NCBI GenBank assembly: GCA_964482515.1
Contig: CAYZXT010000006.1
Span: 28,521-92,520, forward strand
Origin: an uncultured Elusimicrobia bacterium
GTDB lineage: Bacteria; Elusimicrobiota; Elusimicrobia; FEN-1173
DNA length: 64,000 bases
Reading direction: 5' to 3'
The position numbers and the translations under genes were made by a program. Each line of letters starts with the position of its first letter. The first letter of the stretch is position 1. Positions 32,823-42,095 of the stretch are shown here, in pieces. The notes below the pieces were generated by a model. That model was not told the DNA's origin. It was given only the letters and a program-made list of their open reading frames with translations, and did no database searches.

Positions 32823-33110
32823 CTACCCCGCCACCGCCTCGGATTCACCGACTTGCGCTTCCGCCGTCCTCCACCCCTTGGTCAGACACCAAAGGCCGTA
32901 GCCGCCGAGGATGGCGATGGGGCTGAACAACGAGAGGACGCACCACACGATCCCCGCGGTGCGCGCCCAGGGTTTGTGCTTCAGGATCGCGTTTCCCAGG
33001 ACGATATGGAACGCCGCGCTGAGCAGAAACAAAGTCACCAGGACCGGCCGGACGTTCGGCAATTGTTTCCAGACCAGCACCGGGGTGACGAACACCGCGA
33101 CCGCGCCCAT
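32823..33110 (-). CDS. small hydrophobic membrane protein, hypothetical
   Basis: Three hydrophobic segments. The first helix continues upstream of the ATG (WIIIV-MGAVAV), so the start is uncertain. Confidence 0.4.
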   Translation of the reverse strand: MGAVAVFVTPVLVWKQLPNVRPVLVTLFLLSAAFHIVLGNAILKHKPWARTAGIVWCVLSLFSPIAILGGYGLWCLTKGWRTAEAQVGESEAVAG

Positions 33111-33184
33111 GACGATGATGATCCATCCGGCGTGCCTGTAGGGCCGGCTTTCCTCCGCCGTTTTCGGTCTGCGTTCCGTGAAAA

Positions 33185-34882
33185 TTATTTCGGCACCCGA
33201 AGCACCGCGCCCTCGCTGGCCGACGTTACCATCGCCGCGTAGCGGGCCAGCCAGCCGGTCGTGTACTTCGGCTTGAGCGGCTTCCAGCTCTTGCGGCGCT
33301 TGGCCAGTTCCTTGGGCGTCAGATCCACGCTCAGGGTTTTCTTGTCCGCGTCGATGGTGATCATGTCGCCGTTCTTCAGCAGGCCGATGACGCCGCCCAC
33401 CGCCGCTTCGGGCGCGATGTGCCCCACCACCAAACCGTGGGTGCCGCCGGAGAAGCGTCCGTCCGTGATCAGGCCGACGGACTCCCCCATCCCCTTGCCG
33501 CTAATGATGGCCGTGAGGGACAGCATCTCCCGCATGCCCGGCCCGCCCTTGGGCCCCTCGTTGCGCACCACCACCACGTCGCCGTCCTTCACCTTGCCGT
33601 TCAGCGCCGCGGCCGTGGCCGCCTCTTCCGATTCATAAACTTTCGCCGGGCCCGTGATCTTGGTGCGCTTCAGGCCGGAGATCTTCGCCACCGCGCCTTC
33701 GGACGCCAGGTTGCCGTGGAGGATCACGATGGGGCTGGAGCCGCGCAGAGGGTTCTTCAAGTCGTTGATGATAGGCTGGCCCGCCTCGAGGTCGGGAAAC
33801 TCCGCCAGGTTCTCGGCGAGGGTCTTTCCCGTCACGGTCATGGCGCTGCCATCCAGCAAACCCGCGGCCAAAAGGATCTTCATCACGCCGGGCACGCCTC
33901 CGACCTTGTGCAGGTCGAACATGGAATATTTTCCGCTGGGCTTCAGGTCCGCCAGGTGCGGGACCTTCTTCCCGATGCGTTCGAAGTCCGACAGGCTCAG
34001 CTTCACGTTGAACGCGTCGGCGATGGCCATCAAATGGAGCACCGCGTTGGTGGAACCGCCGAGCGCCATCACCAGCGCGATGGCGTTCTCGAAGGAGTTC
34101 TTCTTCACGATGTCCCGCGGCCGGAGGTTCTTCTCCAAAAGCTTCACCACGGCCTCGCCCGCCTCGCCGCACTCCAGCTTCTTCTCCTCGGACTCCGCCG
34201 GGAACGACGAGCTGCCGGGCAGGCTCATGCCCATCACTTCGATGGCGCTGGCCATGGTGTTGGCCGTGTACATGCCGCCGCAGGAACCCGCGCCCGGGCA
34301 GGCGGTGCACTCGATGCGCTTCACCTGCGCCGCGTCCATGGCGCCCGCGTTGAACTGCCCCACCGCCTCGAACACGCTGACGATGTCCACGTCCTTGCCG
34401 TCGGTGTGGCCCGGCTTGATGCTCCCGCCGTAGCAGAACACGGCGGGCACGTTGATGCGGCCCATGCTCATCATGCAGCCCGGCATGTTCTTGTCGCAGC
34501 CGCCGATGGCCACGTAGCCGTCCATGCGCATGGCGTTGACCACGGTCTCGATGGAGTCCGCGATGATCTCGCGGCTCGGCAGCGAGTATCGCATGCCTTC
34601 GGTGCCCATGGAAATCCCGTCGGAGACCGTGATGGTGTTGAATATCTGCGGCGCGCCGCCCGCCCGGATGGCGCCGGCCTTGGCGTGGACGGCCAGGTGG
34701 TTGATGTGCACGTTGCAGGGCGTGATTTCGCTCCAGGTGCTGGCGATGCCGATCATGGGCTTGGTGAAATCATCGTCGCGAAAGCCGACGTCGCGCAGCA
34801 TGGCGCGGTTGGGCGAGCGGTTGATCCCGTCGGTCAGCTCGCCGCTACGGATTTTGAGATTGTTCTTGGTTTCGTTGGACAT
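33185..34882 (-). CDS. ilvD: dihydroxy-acid dehydratase
   Basis: Full IlvD signature ([44 protein letters not shown]). The start is taken at MSNETKNN..., preceded by AGGAGAA. Confidence 0.95.
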   Translation of the reverse strand: MSNETKNNLKIRSGELTDGINRSPNRAMLRDVGFRDDDFTKPMIGIASTWSEITPCNVHINHLAVHAKAGAIRAGGAPQIFNTITVSDGISMGTEGMRYSLPSREIIADSIETVVNAMRMDGYVAIGGCDKNMPGCMMSMGRINVPAVFCYGGSIKPGHTDGKDVDIVSVFEAVGQFNAGAMDAAQVKRIECTACPGAGSCGGMYTANTMASAIEVMGMSLPGSSSFPAESEEKKLECGEAGEAVVKLLEKNLRPRDIVKKNSFENAIALVMALGGSTNAVLHLMAIADAFNVKLSLSDFERIGKKVPHLADLKPSGKYSMFDLHKVGGVPGVMKILLAAGLLDGSAMTVTGKTLAENLAEFPDLEAGQPIINDLKNPLRGSSPIVILHGNLASEGAVAKISGLKRTKITGPAKVYESEEAATAAALNGKVKDGDVVVVRNEGPKGGPGMREMLSLTAIISGKGMGESVGLITDGRFSGGTHGLVVGHIAPEAAVGGVIGLLKNGDMITIDADKKTLSVDLTPKELAKRRKSWKPLKPKYTTGWLARYAAMVTSASEGAVLRVPK

Positions 34883-34902
34883 TTTATTCTCCTCGTTATG
34901 CT

Positions 34903-35220
34903 TTAAATCTTGATTTGCCAAAAAACACATGCAGCCGCTACAAACCAATATGCGGCGAATCCTGCCCACACGATCAGAACGCTCCAAAACGCCAAGGGGA
35001 AATCCTTGCGCTCAAAACTCACCTCGCGTATCCAATGCATATAATTCATCCTTCCAGTGATCAGGCCATGCGCGATCATGGCCAAACCGGCGCAGCCCAA
35101 TAAAAGAAACAGGGCTGCCAATTGGTTGGGATTGTCGGAATTGAATTTATAATAAAAAATTAACCCGAGGGTTATACCTGCCGCCAACGCACCCAGATTG
35201 ATTAAGAAACGTTTTATCAA
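34903..35220 (-). CDS. small membrane protein, hypothetical (AT-rich)
   Basis: 105-aa ORF with three predicted TM helices. Its composition is distinctly AT-richer than the flanking ilvD and HAD genes. Confidence 0.45.
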   Translation of the reverse strand: MIKRFLINLGALAAGITLGLIFYYKFNSDNPNQLAALFLLLGCAGLAMIAHGLITGRMNYMHWIREVSFERKDFPLAFWSVLIVWAGFAAYWFVAAACVFWQIKI

Positions 35221-35228
35221 GCTTCTCC

Positions 35229-35909
35229 TTATTTAAACAGCTCCGCCAGGGACGCCGCGCGGACCGCGGTCAACGCCGGGACAATGAGGTCCGCCGCTTT
35301 CAGTTCTTCCGCCGAATAGGAATTACAGACCGCCGCGCATTTCATGCCCGCGGCATGGGCCGAATCGACGCCGTGTTTGGAATCCTCGATCACCAGGCAT
35401 TCCGCGGGCTGGATCTTCTTCGCCGGATATTTTTTGTTCAGCAGTTCCAACGCCAGCAGGAAAGCGTCCGGCGCCGGTTTGCCGTTCTTCACGTCTTCGG
35501 CGGACACAACCACATCGAAATATTGCGTGATGGCCGCCGTGTCGAGGGCCATGCGGACTTCTTCCTTCAGGGCCCCCGATGCCACGGCAAGCGGGTACTT
35601 CTGCGAGAGCGCCATCACCAGCTCCACCACGCCGGGCAGGATGACGAGGTTGCCCGACGCCTTTTCCTTGTACAGGACGGACTTCCGCGCGCGGAGCTCT
35701 TGGAGCTGTTCAGCTGTAGCCGATTTCCCGTGGTCGGAGAGGACGGCGTTGAAGGATTTCTTGTCGTCCATGGCGAGGTATTTGTCCAGATATTGTTCCT
35801 TGGTGAGCGTGACGCCGAGCTCGCCGACCAAGTCGCGCAATAGGGAAAAGTGCAGCTCTTCGGAATCGGCGATGACGCCGTCACAGTCGAAAATCACGAC
35901 CTTCAGCAT
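35229..35909 (-). CDS. HAD-superfamily hydrolase (beta-phosphoglucomutase-like subfamily)
   Basis: MLKVVIFDCDGVIADSE (DxDGxxxD motif I), ...ASGA..., KNGKPAPD, IEDSKHGVDSAHAAG. Only the C-terminal 226 aa of track ORF 35229..36827 are real. Confidence 0.8.
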   Translation of the reverse strand: MLKVVIFDCDGVIADSEELHFSLLRDLVGELGVTLTKEQYLDKYLAMDDKKSFNAVLSDHGKSATAEQLQELRARKSVLYKEKASGNLVILPGVVELVMALSQKYPLAVASGALKEEVRMALDTAAITQYFDVVVSAEDVKNGKPAPDAFLLALELLNKKYPAKKIQPAECLVIEDSKHGVDSAHAAGMKCAAVCNSYSAEELKAADLIVPALTAVRAASLAELFK

Positions 35910-37276
35910 GGTGTCTCCTGGAGAACATGTTTTTGCATGAATTCGTGCGCGAGCGCCCCGGCGCGGTGGCCGCTGCGGCAGGCGGCTTCGATCGTCGGCG
36001 GCAGTCCTGAGTCGACCCAGTCGCCCGCGAGGAAGAAGTTTTTCAGCGCGGTCTCGGACTTCGGCCGGTTCTTCCAGAATTCCGGCGTCGGAGAAGGCGT
36101 GGCCTGGCGCTCCCAAAGCACCGAGGAATGCTTCAGGCTTTTCTTGTCCGCGGCCGGAAAACATTTTTTCAAATCCTTCAGGGCGAAGTGGATGACTTCC
36201 TCGTTCGTCATCTTCGTGAAGTCCGGCCCGTAGCCCGTGGGATTGGCCCCGCTCAACACCAGCGACACGTAACCCGGCGTGGCGGCCTTTCCGTTCCACA
36301 GGCGGTGGCGGTTGAAGATCCAATGGAAATGTCCGTCCAACAGACCGGCGAAAGGTTCGGCGAAAAGCGCCGGGTCGAACCAGAGGTTCACGGACAGGAT
36401 GGCCGAGTGGGACGCCGGGTCCAGGCCCCGGTAGTAGTCTTTGATCTCCGCAGGACAGATCTTGGTGAAGGCGGCCAGGGGCACGGCGCAGACCACCGCG
36501 TCCGCCTCCACCGTCTCGCCGCTCTGTAATATAATCTTCTGGATCCGGTCGCTCTCCACCTTGAAGCCCGTCACGACCTGGCGGTAGCTCACCACTCCTT
36601 CGCGCGCCTTCAAATAACCGGGCAGCTCCATGGGCCAAAGCTTGCTGAGGCTGAGGGCCGAATACCCCAACCGCATGTCGGCGGATTTCCGCAGGAAGCC
36701 TTCGCGCAGGACCACGGCCAGCGCCGCCATGGACGCGCGATCCGGGTGCTCGTTCAGCGTGGCGAGGCAAAGCGGCGTCCAGAAGGCCCGCCGGACACCC
36801 GCGGTCTGTTTCTTGCGCGCCAGCCACTGGGAAACGGTCAGGTCTGCGAAATCTTCGCGACGCCGGAACCTGAAACCCGCCAGGGCGCGGATAAGGGAAA
36901 GCCGCTCGCCCAAACGCATCGCGCCGAAACCCAGGAACCCGGCGGCGAAGCCGGCCGCGCCGGAAAAAAGGGCGGGCTTCAACGTGTGGACGCGGCCCGC
37001 GCCGTTGTAGAAGGGGATGCGCAGGGACGGAAAGAACTTGAGCCGCTCCTCCACGCCCAGGCGGCGGAGAAACGAGATGGTGTCGCGATAGCAGCCGAGG
37101 AACAAGTGCTGGCCGTTGTCCACCTCGTCGCCGACGGTCCCGTCGCGGAGCGAGAACGTTCGCCCGCCCAGGGTCCCTCGCTGTTCGATCAGGGTGACGG
37201 GCAGGCCCAACTCGGCCAGCGCCGACGCCGCGGCCGCGCCCGCAAAACCGCCGCCGATGACGATCACGTGTCTCAT
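35903..37276 (-). CDS. hpnE: FAD-dependent amine-oxidase-family oxidoreductase, HpnE-like hydroxysqualene dehydroxylase
   Basis: Rossmann N-terminus VIVIGGGFAGAAAASALAELGLPVTLIEQRGTLGGR. It is the third gene after two squalene/phytoene-synthase paralogs, which is the hpnCDE order. Confidence 0.7.
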   Translation of the reverse strand: MRHVIVIGGGFAGAAAASALAELGLPVTLIEQRGTLGGRTFSLRDGTVGDEVDNGQHLFLGCYRDTISFLRRLGVEERLKFFPSLRIPFYNGAGRVHTLKPALFSGAAGFAAGFLGFGAMRLGERLSLIRALAGFRFRRREDFADLTVSQWLARKKQTAGVRRAFWTPLCLATLNEHPDRASMAALAVVLREGFLRKSADMRLGYSALSLSKLWPMELPGYLKAREGVVSYRQVVTGFKVESDRIQKIILQSGETVEADAVVCAVPLAAFTKICPAEIKDYYRGLDPASHSAILSVNLWFDPALFAEPFAGLLDGHFHWIFNRHRLWNGKAATPGYVSLVLSGANPTGYGPDFTKMTNEEVIHFALKDLKKCFPAADKKSLKHSSVLWERQATPSPTPEFWKNRPKSETALKNFFLAGDWVDSGLPPTIEAACRSGHRAGALAHEFMQKHVLQETPC

Positions 37277-37277
37277 C

Positions 37278-38147
37278 TCATGAAACCCACTCTTTCCATA
37301 ATACGCCGCCCACGCTTTTTAATTTCTGAAATGCCGTCAACCGGACGCGCCCGCCTCCGAAAACGGGAAACCCGGCGCGCTCGATTTTTTCCAAAAGGGA
37401 CCGGTACACCGCGCCCATGATCAGGGCGGGCCGGGCCGCGCGGAGGCTCGAGGCGGGCAAATCCGCCAGGGCGCGGGCGTACATCTCCCGGGCGCGGTTC
37501 GCCTCGAAGCGCAGCAACCGCTGAAGCGCCGGCGACATCCTTCCCGCGAGAATGTCCTCCTCCGAACAGTTGAAGCGTTTGATGTCTTCTCCGGGGATAT
37601 AAATTCTTCCGACGGCGGCGTCCGCGCCCACGTCCCGGAGGATGTTGGTGAGCTGGACCGCGTAGCCCAGGTGGATGGCGAAGGAGCAATGCCTGGTTTC
37701 GTCCAAGCCGAAGACCGGCAGGCACGCCAGCCCCACGGTCGACGCCACGCCGTAGCAGTATTTCAAAAGCCCGTCGAAGGTCTCGTAGCGCCGCCGCGAC
37801 AGGTCCATCTCTACCCCGTCGATCAAGTCCAAAAGGTGCCGGACGCTGATGTCGTACTCGTCGAGCGCCGCGCTGAGCGCCTCCCAGGTGCGCCGGTCGA
37901 TACGCGCGCTCGGCTCTTTTTCGGGGTTCTGGAGCAGATCCCGCCATTCGTCGAGCGCGTCCTTGGCCCGCGCCGGATCATGCTCATGATCGACGGAATC
38001 GTCCACCGCGCGGCAAAAAGCGTAAACGGCCTGCAGCGCCAGCCGCCGCTCCGCGGGCAGAAAGAAAAAAGCGGGCGCGAAGTTGCTGGCGCGGAAAACG
38101 CTCAGGGGAGACGGGGTCAACCGGGGCAAAGCGGCGGAGGGTGTCAT
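37278..38147 (-). CDS. hpnD: squalene/phytoene-synthase family, HpnD-like presqualene diphosphate synthase
   Basis: SNFAPAFFFLPAERRLALQAVYAFCRAVDDSVD and a second Asp-rich region NILRDVGADA. Confidence 0.75.
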   Translation of the reverse strand: MTPSAALPRLTPSPLSVFRASNFAPAFFFLPAERRLALQAVYAFCRAVDDSVDHEHDPARAKDALDEWRDLLQNPEKEPSARIDRRTWEALSAALDEYDISVRHLLDLIDGVEMDLSRRRYETFDGLLKYCYGVASTVGLACLPVFGLDETRHCSFAIHLGYAVQLTNILRDVGADAAVGRIYIPGEDIKRFNCSEEDILAGRMSPALQRLLRFEANRAREMYARALADLPASSLRAARPALIMGAVYRSLLEKIERAGFPVFGGGRVRLTAFQKLKSVGGVLWKEWVS

Positions 38148-38148
38148 A

Positions 38149-39117
38149 TCAACGGGAAACCGCTGAAGCGGGAGACGGGGAGGAACGCCAAAACAGCCAG
38201 CGCTTCATCAGCCGGGCCCAATCGAAAACCTTGATGCGGGGGCGCGACGACCAGACGTTCCATTGCGCGGCGTCGATTTTTTCCAGGATATGGGTCCCGC
38301 CCAGCCAAACGAGACGCAGTTCCTTCCGCAGGCGGGGAGACACGTCGTCGCAGAGCGGGCGGCCGGAAAGGAAAAGCGCCCAGGTGCGGTCGGACTGCGC
38401 CGCCATGAGCTCGCGCAGCGCCGGCGTGACGGGCCCGTACATCACCTGCTCCTCGGTCACGTCGAACATGTCCATGTCCTGCTGTGGAATGTATATCCGG
38501 TCCTTCTTCGCGTCCACGGTCACGTCCTGCCAGAAGTTCGCCAGCTGGAGCGCGGTGCAGATGTCGTCGGACCAGCGGCCGCGCTCTTCCGTCCACTCGC
38601 CGAAGATCCGCAGCACCAGTTCCCCCACCGGGTTGGCCGAATGGCGGCAATAGTAAAGGAGGTCATCGAAGGACTTGTGTCGGTTCTTCGTGACGTCCAT
38701 CTCGAAAGCCGTGATCAGCCGTTCAAAGGGATCGAGCGGCAGGCCGAAGCGCGCGATCGTATCGGCGAGGGCCCAGAACACGGGGTGGCGGCGGTGGTCG
38801 GTGGAACAGGCCCGCAACCGTTCGCGCCAATCCGCCAGCCGGTTCAGCCTCTCCGAGGGCTCCAGCGCGCCTTCATCGGCGAAGTCGTCGGCCAAACGGG
38901 CAAAAGCATAAACCGCGGCGATGGGCCCGCGCAGGCCGGCGGGGATGAACCGCGAGGCCACGGGGAAGTTCTCGTAATGGGAGCGGCTGAGGGCGAGGCA
39001 GGAGGCGTAGGATTCGGCTAAGGACCCGGCGCGTTCCGTTGTTTCACCCGCCGGGATAGCAGCGGCAAAATTCATAAATTGGAGGCTCGCATGGGAAAAG
39101 GTTTGAACGGGTTTCAT
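38149..39117 (-). CDS. hpnC: squalene/phytoene-synthase family, HpnC-like hydroxysqualene synthase
   Basis: HYENFPVASRFIPAGLRGPIAAVYAFARLADDFADE, ...NFWQDVTVDAKKDRIYIP. The start is moved downstream of the SWIB-gene terminator hairpin (39117 or 39075). Confidence 0.75.
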   Translation of the reverse strand: MKPVQTFSHASLQFMNFAAAIPAGETTERAGSLAESYASCLALSRSHYENFPVASRFIPAGLRGPIAAVYAFARLADDFADEGALEPSERLNRLADWRERLRACSTDHRRHPVFWALADTIARFGLPLDPFERLITAFEMDVTKNRHKSFDDLLYYCRHSANPVGELVLRIFGEWTEERGRWSDDICTALQLANFWQDVTVDAKKDRIYIPQQDMDMFDVTEEQVMYGPVTPALRELMAAQSDRTWALFLSGRPLCDDVSPRLRKELRLVWLGGTHILEKIDAAQWNVWSSRPRIKVFDWARLMKRWLFWRSSPSPASAVSR

Positions 39118-39159
39118 TATAGCAAAAAAGGCCGGAGGGGCCCTGCGGGGAGGATAGGC

Positions 39160-39200
39160 AAAAAAACGCGGGTGGACCCCCGTTAAGGGACCCACCCGCG
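39160..39200 (-). terminator. rho-independent terminator after the SWIB gene
   Basis: The 9-bp outer stem is CGCGGGTGG (39167-39175) / CCACCCGCG (39192-39200), with inner CCC/GGG pairing. On the minus strand it is followed by a 7-U tract (A-run 39160-39166 on plus). Confidence 0.65.
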
Positions 39201-39212
39201 GAGAGAGATATC

Positions 39213-39470
39213 TTATTTCGCGTGCTTGGCGACCAGCTTGGTCATCTCGAACATGTTGACCGTTTTTTTGCCGCCGAAAATGGCCAAAAGGGCATCGTCA
39301 GCGTTGATGTTGCGGCGGTTCTTTTTGTCCTGAAGACCGTTCTTCTTGATGTACGCCCACAATTTCTTGGTGATCTCCGTGCGCGGAAGCGCTTTGGATC
39401 CCACGACAACCGCCAATTTATCGTCCGGTTGGATGGGTTTCATGAAAGCTGCATTTGCTTTTCTGACCAT
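39213..39470 (-). CDS. SWIB/MDM2 domain protein
   Basis: PDDKLAVVVGSKALPRTEITKKLWAYIKKNGLQDKKNRRNINADDALLAIFGGKKTVNMFEMTKLV is a typical SWIB fold signature. The start at MVRK is preceded by AGGAGGA. Confidence 0.8.
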   Translation of the reverse strand: MVRKANAAFMKPIQPDDKLAVVVGSKALPRTEITKKLWAYIKKNGLQDKKNRRNINADDALLAIFGGKKTVNMFEMTKLVAKHAK

Positions 39471-39559
39471 GGTTCCTCCTGGAAATTTATGCTCAACGTC
39501 CTCAAAGTAGCAAATTCCCTGCATCTATCGCCAGAAGAATCTTCTGGCGATGCCGCCGA

Positions 39560-39841
39560 TCAGCCGCCGGAGCCGGAGTTCGAGGAGCCGGTGGACGCCT
39601 TCCGCGCGCCCGGCCCGCCCGCCACCTTGCCGATCACGTTCTTCAGCCAGCTTTTCTTCGCGCCGCCCGCGTCGGGCTTATGGGACTGGGATTTCTTTTC
39701 GTCCGGCGCATCGGCCCGCGGCGCGAACTGCGCCTTCGCCAGGGCCTTGCTCTCCTTGACCTGGTCTTCGGCCAGGTGACATTTCTTATACTTCTTCCCC
39801 GAACCGCAATGGCAGGGGTCGTTCCGTCCGATGTCGTTCAT
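39560..39841 (-). CDS. small SEC-C-motif protein with Lys/Ala/Gly-rich basic tail
   Basis: The N-terminal metal-binding motif NDPCHCGSGKKYKKCH is followed by a low-complexity basic tail. Confidence 0.65.
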   Translation of the reverse strand: MNDIGRNDPCHCGSGKKYKKCHLAEDQVKESKALAKAQFAPRADAPDEKKSQSHKPDAGGAKKSWLKNVIGKVAGGPGARKASTGSSNSGSGG

Positions 39842-39845
39842 GATT

Positions 39846-40250
39846 TCACTCCCAAATGGGCGCGTGCCACAGCGCCTCCATGAGCCAGCGCACCTCGGAA
39901 TCGCACAGCACCATCTCCGAGTAATCCGGCTTTCCCTCATCGTTCATGTAAGAAAGCGCCACGGTGACGTCCCGGTGTTTTTCCGCGTTCTTGTTCTTGG
40001 ACCAATCCGCGGACACGCACAGCAGGCCGTAGGGGACGTCCAAATGGGACCGCCACGCGGCTTCCTGGCAGGGGCCCTGGCAGGTCAGGCCCTTATGACG
40101 GGCCGACTCTTGGCCCTTCCGCGGGGCCTTGCCGGTCATCCCGGCGGCCTCGCAGATGGAAGCCAAAAAACTGTCCAGTTTCTTTTTGCTGATACGGGGA
40201 CCGACTTTCCGCTTTCCTTTGTTCTTTCGGTCTTCGTGTTCCTGTTCCAT
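39846..40250 (-). CDS. hypothetical protein
   Basis: 134-aa ORF with protein-like composition, 4 nt upstream of the SEC-C gene. No motif recognised. Confidence 0.4.
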   Translation of the reverse strand: MEQEHEDRKNKGKRKVGPRISKKKLDSFLASICEAAGMTGKAPRKGQESARHKGLTCQGPCQEAAWRSHLDVPYGLLCVSADWSKNKNAEKHRDVTVALSYMNDEGKPDYSEMVLCDSEVRWLMEALWHAPIWE

Positions 40251-40283
40251 GAGAGGAGTCTCCTTTGGAAGTTATACGGAAAT

Positions 40284-40568
40284 CTAATTGCCCTTCAGGT
40301 CGAACCAGGGGACCCGCTGCGCCCCGTGAGGATGGCCGTCCGACGCGAAGACCTGCACGCCCTTGATCTCGTACCAAACCGAATCTTGCGGCGCGCGCTG
40401 CGGATGGTGCTCCGTGGGGAAGAATTTCTTGTCCTGCACGCGGTACCACGGCTGCGCGTCCGGGCCGTCGGGATGGTGGACGGTGGTGAACACCAGCCCT
40501 TCGCGGATCTCGAAGGTCGGAAGTTTCTGGAAGCCCTTGGGATGGAAGACTGTATTGAAGAGTTTCAT
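40284..40568 (-). CDS. hypothetical small protein (His/Pro-rich beta-type)
   Basis: 94-aa ORF with repeated HHP/GHPHG segments and protein-like composition. Confidence 0.45.
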   Translation of the reverse strand: MKLFNTVFHPKGFQKLPTFEIREGLVFTTVHHPDGPDAQPWYRVQDKKFFPTEHHPQRAPQDSVWYEIKGVQVFASDGHPHGAQRVPWFDLKGN

Positions 40569-40605
40569 AGAGGGTTCACCCGTATTTTAGCAAATTGGTT
40601 GGCTT

Positions 40606-41505
40606 TTAGTTCCGTCGAGCGTCGGCCTTGGCGGGGACGAGGCTGCGTTCGGCCGAGAGGACCGTGTTCCAGAGCAGCATGGCCACGGTCATCTTCCCCA
40701 CGCCGCCGGGAACGGGCGTGATCAGGCGCGTCACTTCCTTGACCGCGTCGAAATCCACGTCGCCGCAAAGCCCCGTGGCGAGCCGGTTCATCCCGACGTC
40801 CACCACGACCGAGCCCGCCTTCACCATATGGGCCTTGATGAAGCGCGCGGAGCCGATGGCCGCCACCAGGATGTCCGCTTGGCGGCAGATCTGTCCGATG
40901 TCCTTGGTCCGGGAATGGCAGAGGGTCACGGTGGCGTCCGCGGCCAGCAGCATCAGAGCCAGCGGTTTTCCCACCAGCTGGGAGCGCCCGACCACCACGG
41001 CGTGGGTGCCGCTGATCGACACGTTGTTCTGCTCGAGGAGCTCCATGATGCCCCAGGGCGTGCAGGGGAGCGGCAGCTTCGAGGCGAGGACGTCGTTCCA
41101 GCTCTTCAGCTGGGCCCAGCGCCCCTGGTTCGACGGATGCAGACCGTCGGCGTCTTTCGACGGGTCGAGGGCGAGGAGGATTTTTTCCGGGTTTAAATGT
41201 TTCGGCAAGGGGAGCTGCACGATGATGCCGTGGACCTGGGGATCGGCGTTCAGCGCGCGGATTTTTTCCAGCAGGGCCTCCTCGCTGACGCCCGACGGAA
41301 GCGGAACGTGGATGGACTTTATCCCGTTCTGCTCGCAGGTCTTGATCTTTTGTCCCACGTAAACGGCCGAGGCCGGATCGTCGCCAACCAGCACGGTGGC
41401 CAAACCCGGCACGATGCCCTTGGCGGACAGTTCCTGGGCCTTGGCCTTCACCCGCTCAAGGACTTTTCCCGCCGCCATTTTCCCATCCAGCAAACTTGCG
41501 CTCAT
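40606..41505 (-). CDS. folD: bifunctional methylenetetrahydrofolate dehydrogenase/methenyl-THF cyclohydrolase
   Basis: LATVLVGDDPASAVYVGQKIK...GIIVQLPLP...VVVGRSQLVGKPLALML...TPVPGGVGKMT. Confidence 0.95.
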   Translation of the reverse strand: MSASLLDGKMAAGKVLERVKAKAQELSAKGIVPGLATVLVGDDPASAVYVGQKIKTCEQNGIKSIHVPLPSGVSEEALLEKIRALNADPQVHGIIVQLPLPKHLNPEKILLALDPSKDADGLHPSNQGRWAQLKSWNDVLASKLPLPCTPWGIMELLEQNNVSISGTHAVVVGRSQLVGKPLALMLLAADATVTLCHSRTKDIGQICRQADILVAAIGSARFIKAHMVKAGSVVVDVGMNRLATGLCGDVDFDAVKEVTRLITPVPGGVGKMTVAMLLWNTVLSAERSLVPAKADARRN

Positions 41506-42095
41506 ACTTGACCTCCATCGATGATCCCGCCGCCGAACACCAGCTGAACCGGTTCGTCCCCATGCACCAAGCCGAACCGGAGGGCCAGGCTCTCTAAATT
41601 CTCCACGTCCTCGCGATTGTATTTCAGCAAAAGATCCAGGGCTCCCTTATCGCCGGAATTCCGGAAACGGCCCCAAAGGCGGATGGCTTCCAACCCGTCC
41701 ACGCCGTCCGTGTCCCGTTGGATGCCCAGCGTCCGCTCCACTTTCTTCAGCCCGCCGTACAGGTTCCGCGCCCAGCAGTCATGCATCAGGTCGCGGTGGA
41801 AAAATTCCTTGGCCAGGTCGGCCCGCAGCTGGGTATGGATGATCGGCAGATCGAAGCGCGCGCCGTTGTAGGTGAACAAAACGTCGATCCCGCTGAGGAA
41901 TTCACGGATCTCCCGCGCGTGCAGCGCCGGATGGGTCCATTGGCGCGTGCCCTGGTCCGGGCGATGGATCCCCACGACGGTGATGTTCTGGGACCAGTCC
42001 GTCTCGATGTCCAGATAGGCCCGGACCTTGTAGCGCTCTTCCGGCGGGAGGAAAGTCTTCCGCTTGGAAAAGCGCCGCGGCCGGCCCCTACTCAT
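41502..42095 (-). CDS. RNase H-fold DEDD-type 3'-5' exonuclease (YprB/PolB-exo-like)
   Basis: YLDIETD (Exo I), FTYNGARFDLP (Exo II), HRDLMHD (Exo III-like). Confidence 0.6.
   Translation of the reverse strand: MSRGRPRRFSKRKTFLPPEERYKVRAYLDIETDWSQNITVVGIHRPDQGTRQWTHPALHAREIREFLSGIDVLFTYNGARFDLPIIHTQLRADLAKEFFHRDLMHDCWARNLYGGLKKVERTLGIQRDTDGVDGLEAIRLWGRFRNSGDKGALDLLLKYNREDVENLESLALRFGLVHGDEPVQLVFGGGIIDGGQV

Noticed and set aside
33419-34906. 495-aa + ORF
   Set aside because: Antisense shadow of ilvD.
35910-36827. N-terminal ~300 aa of track ORF 35229..36827
   Set aside because: This is an out-of-frame read-through across hpnE (Arg/Gly/Pro-rich). Only the C-terminal HAD part starting at ATG 35909 is credible.
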